Shown in pieces: positions 1 to 18,463 of a stretch of 64,000 nt of DNA. The notes beneath the pieces are model-generated. The model did not search any database and was not told where the DNA came from. It saw nothing but the letters and a program-made list of their open reading frames with translations. Numbering within the stretch: the stretch's first letter is position 1; every line of letters begins with the position of its first letter. The translations under genes and the position numbers were made by a program. Source of the DNA: Utricularia gibba (taxonomy: Eukaryota; Plantae; Magnoliophyta); NCBI GenBank assembly GCA_002189035.1, contig NEEC01000011.1, forward strand, positions 1,984,001 through 2,048,000. Direction: 5' to 3'.

Positions 1-452
1 ACCTTAGTATACTTTTTTTTATTTTATTTAAAATTACGCTGATTCCATGTGACATATTTATTTTAAAATAGTATTTTTATTAAATGTTTTTTTTAGAAGA
101 AAAAGAAAAGAAGATGTATTTTTGCTCAGGAGGCGAAAAAGACGAAAAAGGGAATGAGAGGAGGTTGTTGACCGGGTCTGGAGGTATGTTTGACGGAACA
201 CGGTGTGTCTCTCCTTCCTCCTCCTTTCGTCCCTTCTGCTTTTCGCTTTCCTTGCAATGCACATTCAGCCTTCCAGAAATTTAGCCTTGAGGCATGGTTT
301 ATATGGTTCCTGATACGCCTTTACGGCTTTGATTCTCAAGTTGTCATTCTTCTTTGTGGGTTTCTCATCGGAGGCCTGTTTGGTCCTGGCGCAGAACTGT
401 CGGGTGCTTCACTGTTTCCGGCTTCCGGTTTGTGTTCTTGGGGTGCTGAGAG

Positions 453-3516
<3,064 letters not shown>

Positions 3517-5647
3517 AATGCCGGCAGTTTGTGCAAAGGATCCGGCAAGTGTTGTCCGAAGTGGCGGCTGTTAAAACTTTGCAATCACTTTGGTGGTTCT
3601 GTTGGCTGTCTGTACAACGAAATCGGCTCAGCAGCAGCATGTCATCTACTTCATTGCCTCCCGCATCCACAAGCTCAATATGGAAGAGCTGCAAAGGCCT
3701 TGGCTTAAACTGGGCATTGGATGTGTGTACTGTTAATTAATTGCCTTGTAAATCAAATTTAAAGTTGAGGTGCTTCTTTGGTCCGTACAAATGTTTTATA
3801 TCGTTAAAAAAAATGGTAAACTATTTGCAAATGGTTTTGGGTTTGAAAGATTCAAGATTGATTTAAATTAGAAGTAAACTATTTTTTAATTTTTTATTAT
3901 AAAAATGTCAAATCGTAGTTGAATTATATTTAAATCATGATGTAATTTTTTTATTTTAAAATGATTCGAATTTAATCTAACTATTATCATGAATGATTCA
4001 TAGTAACATTATTTCAAGATTAGTTGAAGGATCAAGTAATGAGCATTTCAAATAACGCGTGTTTCTTTCATTCCTGCTCAAAGGAACTGGTACTGGGCCA
4101 TGGAGATGGGCTTTTACTGGGTCATTGGTGATGGTACGGGCCGCAGCCCAGCCCATGCGCTGATCCGCTGGAATATTCTGGGCCGCCTGATATTGAGTCA
4201 TCGATGATGGGAATGAAGGATTGGGCTAGGCCATAAGCGAAACAAGTGAGTTGGGCTTGAGTCGTCGTGGCCCAACAGATGGTAATATTCAAGTTCTATG
4301 TCACTATATATTTTATGTCCCTATTTAGATCTTGGTATATGTTTCATACATGGTTTTGATTTAGTTTCAGAGGTATTTTATTTAATATGATTATCTGGTA
4401 ATAAGTTTTAATCAAACTGATGATTTACTTCAAAATCAATTTTTTTTATAAATATGAACAACAAAATAAAATATATGTATTTATGCAAGACTTGGGAATG
4501 ATCTCATGTGGCTGAGCCCCACGATACCATTTCATGCCTCATCCATCCATCCCTCTGTTGCTGTCGTTTTTCCAATTTCCACATCCTCCACCCACCATAT
4601 CTATTGTCTAGTCAACCTCTTGCAAATTTCATTTCTTTCTTCATTGTTTATCATGAATTGTAATGATGAAATTTAAAAAACGAAAAAAAAATGCAAAACC
4701 TGGAAAGAAATCATGGGATGAACATCTCAATGATTAGATACAAATTTCCTCATGATCTCCAACAGGGTGGGCAGAAAGGAACATAGCTGAAACGGAAACA
4801 AAGTGGCAAGGAGGGTTCACACAAGGGATCATTTACAAATGGGAACATCTTTATTTCCCTCTTTTACAAAGCAAGGTAAAAAATTAACAATGAAGGTGCC
4901 AGTTTTTTTTTTCTAACAGATGGTTAGATTCCTAAATCACTCCATGGAAACATATGCACAGGAATAAGAACGATCCATGACACAAGGAGTAGCACTTCCA
5001 AAAACAAGGCCTGCCCTGTCTAAGTAGCAGCCATCCTACATAGGTATCACACAACAGCTCAACAGTTATTCAAACAAGGTTAGCCCCTATGTAGATAACT
5101 AGTGAACTCGCAAAAACAGTGAAATTGGATATATCCTGGACCGGCTGTTCTATGCTACACCTAATTCATCCGGATTACTTTGGGGAAGAAGCAAATAAGA
5201 TAGTCCCTACCATGGTCTATGCATCTCAGAAAAACTGGAGAACAATCGAATAGGTTCTGGATCAACGGTTCTAAGCTATACCTAATGCATTTAGGACAGA
5301 GGAGTCCAGATGGCAGAAATCGGAAAGCACAATTAACCAGCTAGTATGTAAGGCAACTGCACACAATGCAGGTGAAATATAGCAAAAGTAGGATAGGCAA
5401 ATCATCACATTGCATTCCAACAAGGTAAATGAATACGCTGACAAAAACTGCAAGTTTAACATTCCAAAACGAGTAGCCAAAGGATAAACATGACTACACA
5501 GAGTGAGCACCATTGTGATGTGATCAATCTTCGGAGCAGAATACGCTTCAAAAACCAACATTGCAAACCGTCCATAGCAATAAAAAAAGACCCACACAAG
5601 CACATAACCGAGTAAAGCGAGAAACTTTAGGGAGTCAAATCGTTAGT

Positions 5648-6378
5648 TCACTCCCGAGGAACCTCTTTGCAGTCCCTAGCGAAATGGCCAAATCCCCCAC
5701 AGTTATAACACTTCCCTCCACCTCCACCGCTGTTTCCCCCAGAAAACCTACTGCCATAACCACCACCACCACCGCGGCTGTACCCTCCTCCACCTCCACC
5801 ACGCATACAATCCCTTGCAATGTGCCCTGGATCCCCACAGTTATAACACGCCCCACCTCCGCCGCCCCGCCGCCACCACGACCGCCTGAGGGACAATCTC
5901 TGGCCATATGCCCATAACCACCACAGGTATAGCATCCACCCCCACCACCGGGGCCTCCGCCACCGGTTACAGCCCCACTTCCAGCGGTGCAATCCCTAGC
6001 CATATGACCAAATTCCCCACAATTGAAGCACTCACCTCCACCACCTCCTCCTCCGCCCCGATACCCATAACCATTACCATCATCCCGCCTATCCGGGAAC
6101 CCATACCCACCGCCGCGGGCGTTTCCGCCACCATTTCCTCGACGTGGAGGCCAATCCACAGGTCCCCCGCCAGGAGCAGTGACATCAGTAGCCTTAGTCT
6201 TGTCTCCGTCGAGTATAATAGTGAATTCCACCTCCTGTCCCTCGCGCAACGTCCGGTAACCCTCCGATTTGATCGCCGAATGATGTACGAACAGATCGTC
6301 CCCGCCTTCGTTCGGCTGGATGAAACCGTAGCCCTTCTGATCCATGAATTTGGTGACCACTCCCTTGCTTCGAGCCAT
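5648..6378 (-). CDS. Cold-shock domain protein with Gly-rich linkers and four CCHC zinc knuckles (CSP/GRP2 type); 1-nt frameshift at about 5865
   Basis: [22 protein letters not shown]...DLFVHHSAI is a CSD with RNP1/RNP2. Two CX2CX4HX4C knuckles lie in ORF 5635..6426 and two more in ORF 5648..5992. Adding one G to the G4 run joins them. Confidence 0.93.
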
Positions 6379-6574
6379 CTTTTCACCCTCCATACAAGAC
6401 GAAAACCCCAGCCCCAATCCGCCCAATACTTTGCTTTCACACTGCCCACGCCTCCCTGCTGTTCGTATTTATTCCGACGGCTTTTTAGCTAGGGCTTCTT
6501 TCACCGCGCCAGTCCAATAAACTCACTTATTCCTTTTGTTAAAATTATTATTATATTCCCCTTATTTTCTCTCC

Positions 6575-7944
6575 TGTCTTTCTTGTACACTTTATCCCCC
6601 CCTTAGCATTGGTTTGCTCTCTGTTAACAGCAAAGTCCACTCTGAAGTTCTCTGGATTTTCTCCTTCATCTTCTCAAATCCTGTTGCCATATCAATTGGC
6701 CTTGTTTTAGTGAATGAACATGTGATGCTCTGAAGCAAGGCGGTTACCTCCTTGTACAGCAATGAGCTACTAGTTGGAACTCCTCTCACAGGCACAACTA
6801 GAGGCATTTTATCTGGTAATCATCATGCTTTACAAAGAATATTTTCCATAAAAAAATGAACGGAAGGGAGCTATTCTGGCTCCTGTGGCTAGAAGCAATG
6901 CAAGGATATGAAACACTGGTTAAGGATGTGCTGCTTTACTGATATTATGATCCTTTGGCATAAGTTTAATAAAAGGGGAGCAGTGGATTCATACAATTAT
7001 GGAAGATCTGTACTTACACAAGAAGTTAGAACATCGCCTTGATCATTCATTGGTGTAAATAAGGCGTTTAACACACAATGACACCTAGTCAAGGGAAGAT
7101 TTGAGCATATTAAAGAGTTAGCAGGATAAATAAACTGATGCACCTGTCTCCTATATAAGCTCAGCTGTTCCAGAACGATACCGTCTACATAAGACCAGAT
7201 GTTTCTAGCTGATAGCAAACAATTAAAGAAGTTTTTTCTAATGATATCATCTTCAAAGTTCGCTGCAAATTCTGACTTAAAATAACAAAGCAAGGTCTTA
7301 CAGCCTTGCAGTCTCCAAAGTCCCCAAGTGCACTGCTTGCAATGGAATATAAGCTAAGCTTATGAGGCTTCCCATTCTTGTCCCTTCTCAGTATGAAACC
7401 TCTCCTGGTTAGATCACATAGTTATGTATATGTCAGCATATGCCATAGTGGTGATCATGCTTCTGTACTGGTTACATTTATCAATGAAAGAATAAGAGGG
7501 ATACCTTCCAGCCCATATCCTATGTTTCTCCAGGGGCATCATCGCCGGTTATCTTCGAATTCAGTAGGCATCTTCCAGTATATGGGTCCTTAGGCTTGAA
7601 ATTGTTCACCACCACCCCTTCTTCTTGCTTCCAGTAGGCATCTGTTGTCACTTAGAACCACCACATGAACCATTTCTGCAGGATAAGGACCCCTGAATCC
7701 AAATTCATCCTCCCAAATTACCCCGAAAAAGCGATTGAAAAATGGATTCAAATCACCTAAAAAAAGCAGGCGCGCCCGTTTCAGCGCCTATCAAAAGAAA
7801 ATACTTGGCGCAACCAGAAACTACCCAGAAAACACACACACACAGAGACACCTTGTTGTAGGTGATTCTTTCTGAGACAACAATGGAGTTTCTAGTAGCA
7901 AGGGAAGTGGATTTGGAGGAAGGCAGAGAGACCACGGCAGCCAT
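6575..7944 (-). pseudogene. Leaf-type ferredoxin-NADP+ reductase (FNR) pseudogene, 3'-truncated
   Basis: Transit peptide MAAVVSLPSSKSTSL. Exon remnants translate as [95 protein letters not shown] and DFAVNREQTNAKG. In-frame stops at 7652-7654 (TAA) and 7520-7522 (TAG where Trp is expected), plus deletions and frameshifts. Confidence 0.9.
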
Positions 7945-8127
7945 TTAAGTTCTGGTAATATGGAAAAATATATTTAAAAAATTAAACTTACGAAGGAAGC
8001 CATTTAAAATAATACAAAAAGGAACCCCAGATGTGAAAATACGAGAGTATCGAACACAGGCAGAGTAGAAGACGTCTGCTGCAAGAAGCATATTCGCACG
8101 AGGTGCTTGGAGTCCCGTACATTGATC

Positions 8128-10669
8128 ATGGTGCTCGAGGTGCTTCTTCTTTTGTTCATTTCTATTTGGTTGTGTTCTTTATCCTTGGACGATGTTTCGA
8201 TTAGGGTTAAATTTTATTGTTTTCTTGGCGATTGGTTTGGTGTTGAAATAGGCGACGATAATCTGCATCGACAACTCCGAGTGGATGCGGAATGGAGATT
8301 ATTCTCCGACTCGTGTCCAGGCGCAAGCGGACGCAGTTAACCTAATTTGTGGTGCAAAAACTCAAGTATTGTTTTGATTTAAAATTTAAGCAGCGAAGTG
8401 TTTCTTTTCTATCACTGAAATTGTGACATTGATCTTTTCGAAATCTCCCTGCTTTTCTTTGCAGTCGAACCCTGAGAATACTGTTGGTGTTTTGACAATG
8501 GGTGGAAAAGGTGTTCGTGTTTTGGTCACTCCCACCAGTGATCTCGGCAAGATCTTAGCTTGCATGCACGGTTGGTTTATAATTTTGAATATTACCGCCG
8601 TAAACTGTGCCATGAGTTTTGACTAGTGAGAGGTTCTAAACTTCAATAATCCTATGATAATTGCTGGTTCTCGGTCTGGCTTTAAGAAATTTGAGAAAAT
8701 ATGATTTATGTCGGTGCTATAGTATCAGGCGTTGTAGTTTTTTTTTGAAGATATAACTTCGTGAAAGGTGTCAAATGATATAAACTGGCTCTTATTTAGC
8801 TATGTTTTTCTACTATCACACAGGTATAGAAATTGGTGGCGACATAAACTTGGCGGCTGGAATACAGGTTGCTCAATTAGCCCTTAAACATCGGCAAAAC
8901 AAGAAGCAACAACAGAGGATAGTTGTTTTTGCTGGAAGGTGTTAACATTTACTATGTGACATGGATATGATGACATGAAAAATGTTTTGATAGTCATTTA
9001 TGGTGTGAATACCTTTTCTGCTTTCAGTCCTGTTAAACATGACAAGAAGGCGCTTGAGCTGATCGGTCGAAAGCTGAAAAAGAACAATGTAGCTCTTGAT
9101 ATTGTGAACTTTGGCGAAGAAGATGATGAGAAGTCTGAAAAACTAGAGGCATTGCTTTCTTCGGTAAATAACAATGATAGCAGTCACATAGTTCATGCTC
9201 CTCCTGGTCCAAGTGCTCTCTCCGATGTGCTTATCAGGTTTTCCCAGTATTAACAATTGGGTTTCTTAAATTCAATGTTACCTTGTATTCAAGATTTCTC
9301 TGGTTTCATGCTCCCATATGCAGCACGCCCATCTTCACTGGCGATGGAGAAGGAGGCAGCGGTTTTGCTGCTTCTGCAGCAGCAGCAGCAGCTGGTGGAG
9401 TATCTGGATTTGAATTTGGTGTAGATCCAAATCTAGATCCTGAACTTGCTTTAGCACTTAGAGTTTCAATGGAGGAGGAAAGGGCAAGGCAAGAAGCAGC
9501 TGCAAAGAAGGCTGCAGAAGATGCAGCCAAACAGGAAGCGGGTCCTGCATCTCAAGACGTGACTATGGTTGAGAATGTGAATCCCGAAGGTTCAGATCCT
9601 GAAAAGAAGAACTATGATTTAATGGTGAGAGGTTCCGTACTGATTATCTTTTTTCATGCCGAAATGAGTGGTCTTGACCCAACTCGCTTGACTGCTGCTC
9701 ATACTTATGCAAATTTGTAACAAATAATACTTATATTATGGTTCATCAATCCTTGCCATACAGGCTCATCGATGGGCTTTTGGAATGCATACGCATTTAC
9801 TTTAATTTTTTACCGATGTTCATGAAACAATCTTAAGAGGTCACATGTTTCTCACAGGACGATGAGAATGCACTATTGCAGAGGGCGCTGGCCATGTCAA
9901 CGGATGATTCTTCTTCCACGGTTGCTGTACGAGACACTGACATGTCTGATATATCTGCTGAAGATCATGATTTGCAGCTTGGTGAGTGCCTATCTTGATT
10001 TGAATCACTTTATTTTTTTCTATTTTCTCTACTTTGGTTGTCTTTAAATTTCACTATTTTGTTTCTAAAATCACAGAAAATTCTTCGTTTTTAGCTCTTA
10101 TTGTGGGTTTCACAATGCCTTTCTTTTCCACACAAGATTATAAAACATGTGGATTGCTTTTTTACATGATCTCATGTTTTGAACTCAGTATTTTGAATAA
10201 TATGTATTAAGACCCAAGTGAATGGGGCCAATTAACGCCACTAGGATAGTATTAAACTTTTCTAAAGCACTTTCATCCAATTTAAACTTTTCATGATTTT
10301 TGCAGCACTCCAGTTATCCGTACAGGAAGGTGCACTCGACCAGTCCGGCCAGACAGACATGAACAGGGTGCTATCTGATCAGTCCTTTGTTTCCTCCATA
10401 CTCGCATCTGTAAGCTGCATGTTATAGTTCTCCCATTTCTTATTCCGTATCAGCCATTAATGCTCGTTGATCAACAGCTTCCTGGAGTTGATCCAAATGA
10501 CCCTCATGTCAAAGATTTGCTCGCTTCCATTCAGAGTCAATCTGAGGTGCGCCCTACTTATCCTCGTTAAAATCTACTTGTTTCCTGTCGTACATCCTAT
10601 GGTGCCTCATGCATTTGGTTGCAGGACAAAGAAGGAGACGAGGCACATAAAGAAGACGAAAAGAAATGA
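8128..10669 (+). CDS. RPN10: 26S proteasome non-ATPase regulatory subunit 4 (ubiquitin receptor RPN10), multi-exon
   Basis: Micro first exon MVLE (8128-8139), then [21 protein letters not shown] (vWA domain), [14 protein letters not shown], and the [29 protein letters not shown]. Stop TGA at 10667-10669. Confidence 0.95.
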
Positions 10670-11233
10670 GCCCTTTCTAGTTGCAGCTGGTATTGATCTC
10701 CCCCCCTGAAGCTTTGATTTACGCGCAGATGCTTTATCCATACTCTTGTGTTCTCTAGGTTTCATTCTTTTTCATGGAACACTCAAAAAAAGCTTGATGT
10801 TTGGGACACTGACCAAGCTTTGCAGCACATCCCACAGTCTGGTACTATCAGCACCTTCTTCTTTGCTATTAACATTTTACAAACAGCTGGTATGATGCCT
10901 GGATTTGCACTGGACTTTTGGTTTGTACTTTCTGATGGATTACAAGTCTTCTTCTTCTGGATGATTGTTTTGAATAAATTTGAAAATTAACTTTCTTATT
11001 GGTATTGTGTGTTAGAAATAATTATATGTAAAATTTTAATATTAGTGTATGAGATAGAATGTTAGAATGGTTAGTTTTGAAAAAGATCCGACAGTTTCAG
11101 TTGTCAATTTTTGGCATGGTAGGTTTGATAATGTTTTTAAAATTTTAATTATATAATTTAAATTTAATTAATATTTATATGTATTACATAATACGCATAG
11201 TAAATTTAATATCAAATATATTGTTTTTTTATT

Positions 11234-13587
<2,354 letters not shown>

Positions 13588-15293
13588 TTTTATTTCACAA
13601 AGATCAAGGCTTTTGCGTTACATGTCTGTTTCTGGAATTGTGAAAAAATTGATAATATACTTTTAAAAATTATTGTTATTATTATTATAAGGTAGAGGTG
13701 GTCACTAATGTGATTCGATGTATTACAGGTCGAACTCATTGAGTTAGCATTAAAAATTATGATGAATATGGGTAGATGTGTCAATAAATTAGATCTATTT
13801 CAAGTCATGAGTTGATTTAAATTATTACATAATTTATATATACTAATATGAATTAAGTTTAATTAACAAATGTTGGGTCAATTTATATGATAAAAATATA
13901 CTTTTTATTATTAGATGATATTTTAGGTCTAATCCATCTAATCCATTAAATATATTCGTTTCTCGTATATTATAAATCTATCATATACTTGTTTTTTATG
14001 ATTACAGATAATGAATTTGATCCATGATGAGTCAATCCAATAAATATTCGAGTTAATCCGTATCCATATCCACCTTTCATTATAGAATATAATAAATAAA
14101 ATGATTAGGAATCAACTAATATGTCTATTAATTTATGCCCAATAACTTGGAGTTCTAAGTCAAAAAATGAGGGCTTACCCTAACTTATTTACATAATATT
14201 CTTGGTTATGGTACATACAAGGATGGGCTTCATAATTTTTTTTAAGAGGAATAGTATTGATTTGGATAAATCTATGCTATGATGAATGAAATTTGTATTA
14301 TATATAAACTATTATTAATTATAATTATTAGAGGTTAATTGTGTATCATAATAAAATTATATGTCTAAAAACATATATATTTTGATGGTTAAAATTAAAA
14401 AGTCGATAAAATATTTGATCAAAATAATCTCAATTATTGGTCAGAGTTGCGTAATTAATAAACATTTTGGTCAGTTTTGTTAGCATTAATAAAACTTAAG
14501 ATCAAAATTGCATTTCTTCAAAAATATATCAATCATATTAGTATTAAATATGAATTATTGGTGGTCAAAATCATTATTATTAAAGATTAATTGTACAAAT
14601 TATAATAATGTATTATGGTAAATAATGTATTAAATTTAAAATATATAGATCGAAACTAACAAATCAATACAAAGTTTATTATCATTTTATTTAATTGGAT
14701 GAATATATATTGGTGGAAATTGTGTAAACGTAGAAACATTGCAATAAGATGGTTAAAATGACAAGTGTGCAACTCTCGAAGGTATATTATATATATTTAT
14801 TACCTAAAAAAACTAATTGGACATTTGATGACAAAATATATGTATTTTACGCACGTGGAGAACAAATTTGCCGCGAGAAATGCGTACCGGGAGAGGAGAA
14901 GAAGAATGGAGGCCCGTTCAGTGGCAGCAATCCGGGGCTAAAAAAGATGATATTTTATTGCTACCATTTCCTTCAATCTCAAATTTCTGCCTCCCAATCA
15001 CCTTTCTTTCTTTCTCCTTCCAGATCTTGGTGACATTTTTCCCTTTCTTTTTTCATTTCTATGATCTGGGCTTGTTGATGATCATCGCGCATGCACCAGT
15101 TCTAAAGAGAGTGGATGAAAGAAACTGATGTTTTTCTCTCCCGCGTTGTGATCTCTCTAGTTTTTACGGTGTTGGGCATGTTGGTTAATTGCTCTTTCTC
15201 TCTGGGTTAGTATCTGCGGCGAGGGGCGCATTGCAAAAAGGAAGTTTGTGATTAAAATTGGGGTTTGCATCTTTTTTTTTTTTCTTTTACTGA

Positions 15294-16835
<1,542 letters not shown>

Positions 16836-17269
16836 GCCGCAGGCCGGTGCCGGCGCCGGCGCTACAAACGCAGGGCAAGCACACACACCTCTCGCTTCCC
16901 ATCCGCTTTGTTCCTCTTTCATTTGGAACGCTGCGCTCTTCGGGGCCACGTCATCAGGATCTGCAATTATTTCGAACGATTAATTACAATGACTTATGAT
17001 TATGATTATTAATTATTAATAATATTTTAAAATGATAAATATATATCTTATATAAATCTATTTAAAATAAAAATATTATTTCAAGAAGTAAATTGGCATG
17101 TCAGTATATTTTATGAAATATTAATATTTATCCTATTGGGTATTTTCGAATTCAATAATAAATTTATTATTTTATATATTTAAAGTTTTAAACTACAAAA
17201 TATTATAATTCGATAAATCAATGAAATGTTATGGGTTATTATTATTATTATTATTATTTTGATTATAAA

Positions 17270-18231
17270 GATATATAAAAATATGAACATAATATCTATT
17301 GAATCATAAAAATATATATTTGAGTAATATATATGTTTTAGTTAGATTAATATATAGTTTTTGATTTGAAAGAATTCATAAAAATACTATTTGACAAATG
17401 ATTTTTAAACATTTACTATTAAACTAATTAATTTTTATCAGAGTACTATTTGACGAACGCGCCATTTATTCCCATATAAGAAACCCCTTTCTTTTTCTGT
17501 CTTAGCACTCGACCTCATACCTGATTTTTTTTTATGAAAATGATCCAAAAAAAGGGGTGTGAATTAATAAATATTCAAATGTATTGTCACACGTCAACTC
17601 GAATTTCAACACGTTTACTGGGCCCCTCCAATGTAGTCATTCTTGTCGGGCGCGTTGGTGAAATAGCACTACTGTAAAAAACAATTAGTTAAATAGCACG
17701 TTTTCGCAAATCATTTGTGAAATAGCACTTTTATACATTATTTCAAATCGAAAGATATATAATGATTTAATTAAAACATATATATTAATTTCATTTATTT
17801 ATCATAAAGATGTATAAAAATATAAAAATATCAACATAATATATATTGAATCATAAAAATATATATTTGATTAACATGTACATTATTTCAAATCAAAAGA
17901 TATATAATGGACTAATTAAAACATATATATTAATTTCGTTTTATTAATCACAAAAATGTATAGAAATATAAAAATATCAACATAATATATATTGAATCAT
18001 AAAAATATATATTTGAGTAATACATGTATTTTAATTAGATCAATATATATTTTTAATCTAAAAAACTCATAAAAATACAATTTGACATATTTGAGTAATA
18101 CATGTATTTTAATTAGATCAATATATATTTTTAATCTAAAAAACTCATAAAAATACAATTTGACAAATAATTTTCAAACATGTACTATTTAATAAATTAC
18201 TTTATGACAGAGTGTTATTTCACTAATTTAC
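17270..18231. mobile_element. Two adjacent related AT-rich MITE-like (possibly Mutator-derived) remnants with internal tandem duplications
   Basis: Terminal motif GGCGCGTTGGTGAAATAGCACT at 17649 has imperfect inverted copies at 17439-17463 and about 18205-18231. Segment 17270-17463 is directly homologous to about 17960-18230. Internal repeats have periods of about 145 bp (17734/17879) and 78 bp (18010/18088). No TSD established. Confidence 0.55.
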
Positions 18232-18463
18232 TTTTAGGAGGAAGAACAATTTAATTTTCATTTTCGTTTATGTTTTCATTGACTATTTTAATTTTCATTT
18301 TAGTCATTGTTGGAAATCCTTAACTGCGTTTCCGTACACACGGCGGACCCAATTTTGTTTTGTGTCTCATTCATTTAGCTGCGGTGTCTCTCACTTACAG
18401 CTCCACCAAGTTGAGCAGAAGATGAGTGCTCATCTTTTCTCGTTTTCTGTAGGTACAGAAGAA

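Noticed and set aside
5635-6426. Programmed ribosomal frameshifting to vary zinc-knuckle number
   Set aside because: No canonical slippery heptamer, and five other genes show the same homopolymer indel pattern, so sequencing error is more parsimonious.
5908-6492. 194-aa plus-strand ORF antisense to the cold-shock gene
   Set aside because: Shadow frame of GC-rich glycine codons; low-complexity Thr/Pro/Ser product with no domain.
13780-14070. Possible MITE between the CRK and ROP; similar motif-rich tracts at 26040-26290 and 34330-34680
   Set aside because: Repeat-like composition, but no convincing TIR pair or TSD could be defined by eye.
17236-17256. (TTA)n microsatellite and other simple repeats (about 25086, 58398, 58570)
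   Set aside because: Ordinary simple sequence repeats in AT-rich intergenic DNA.
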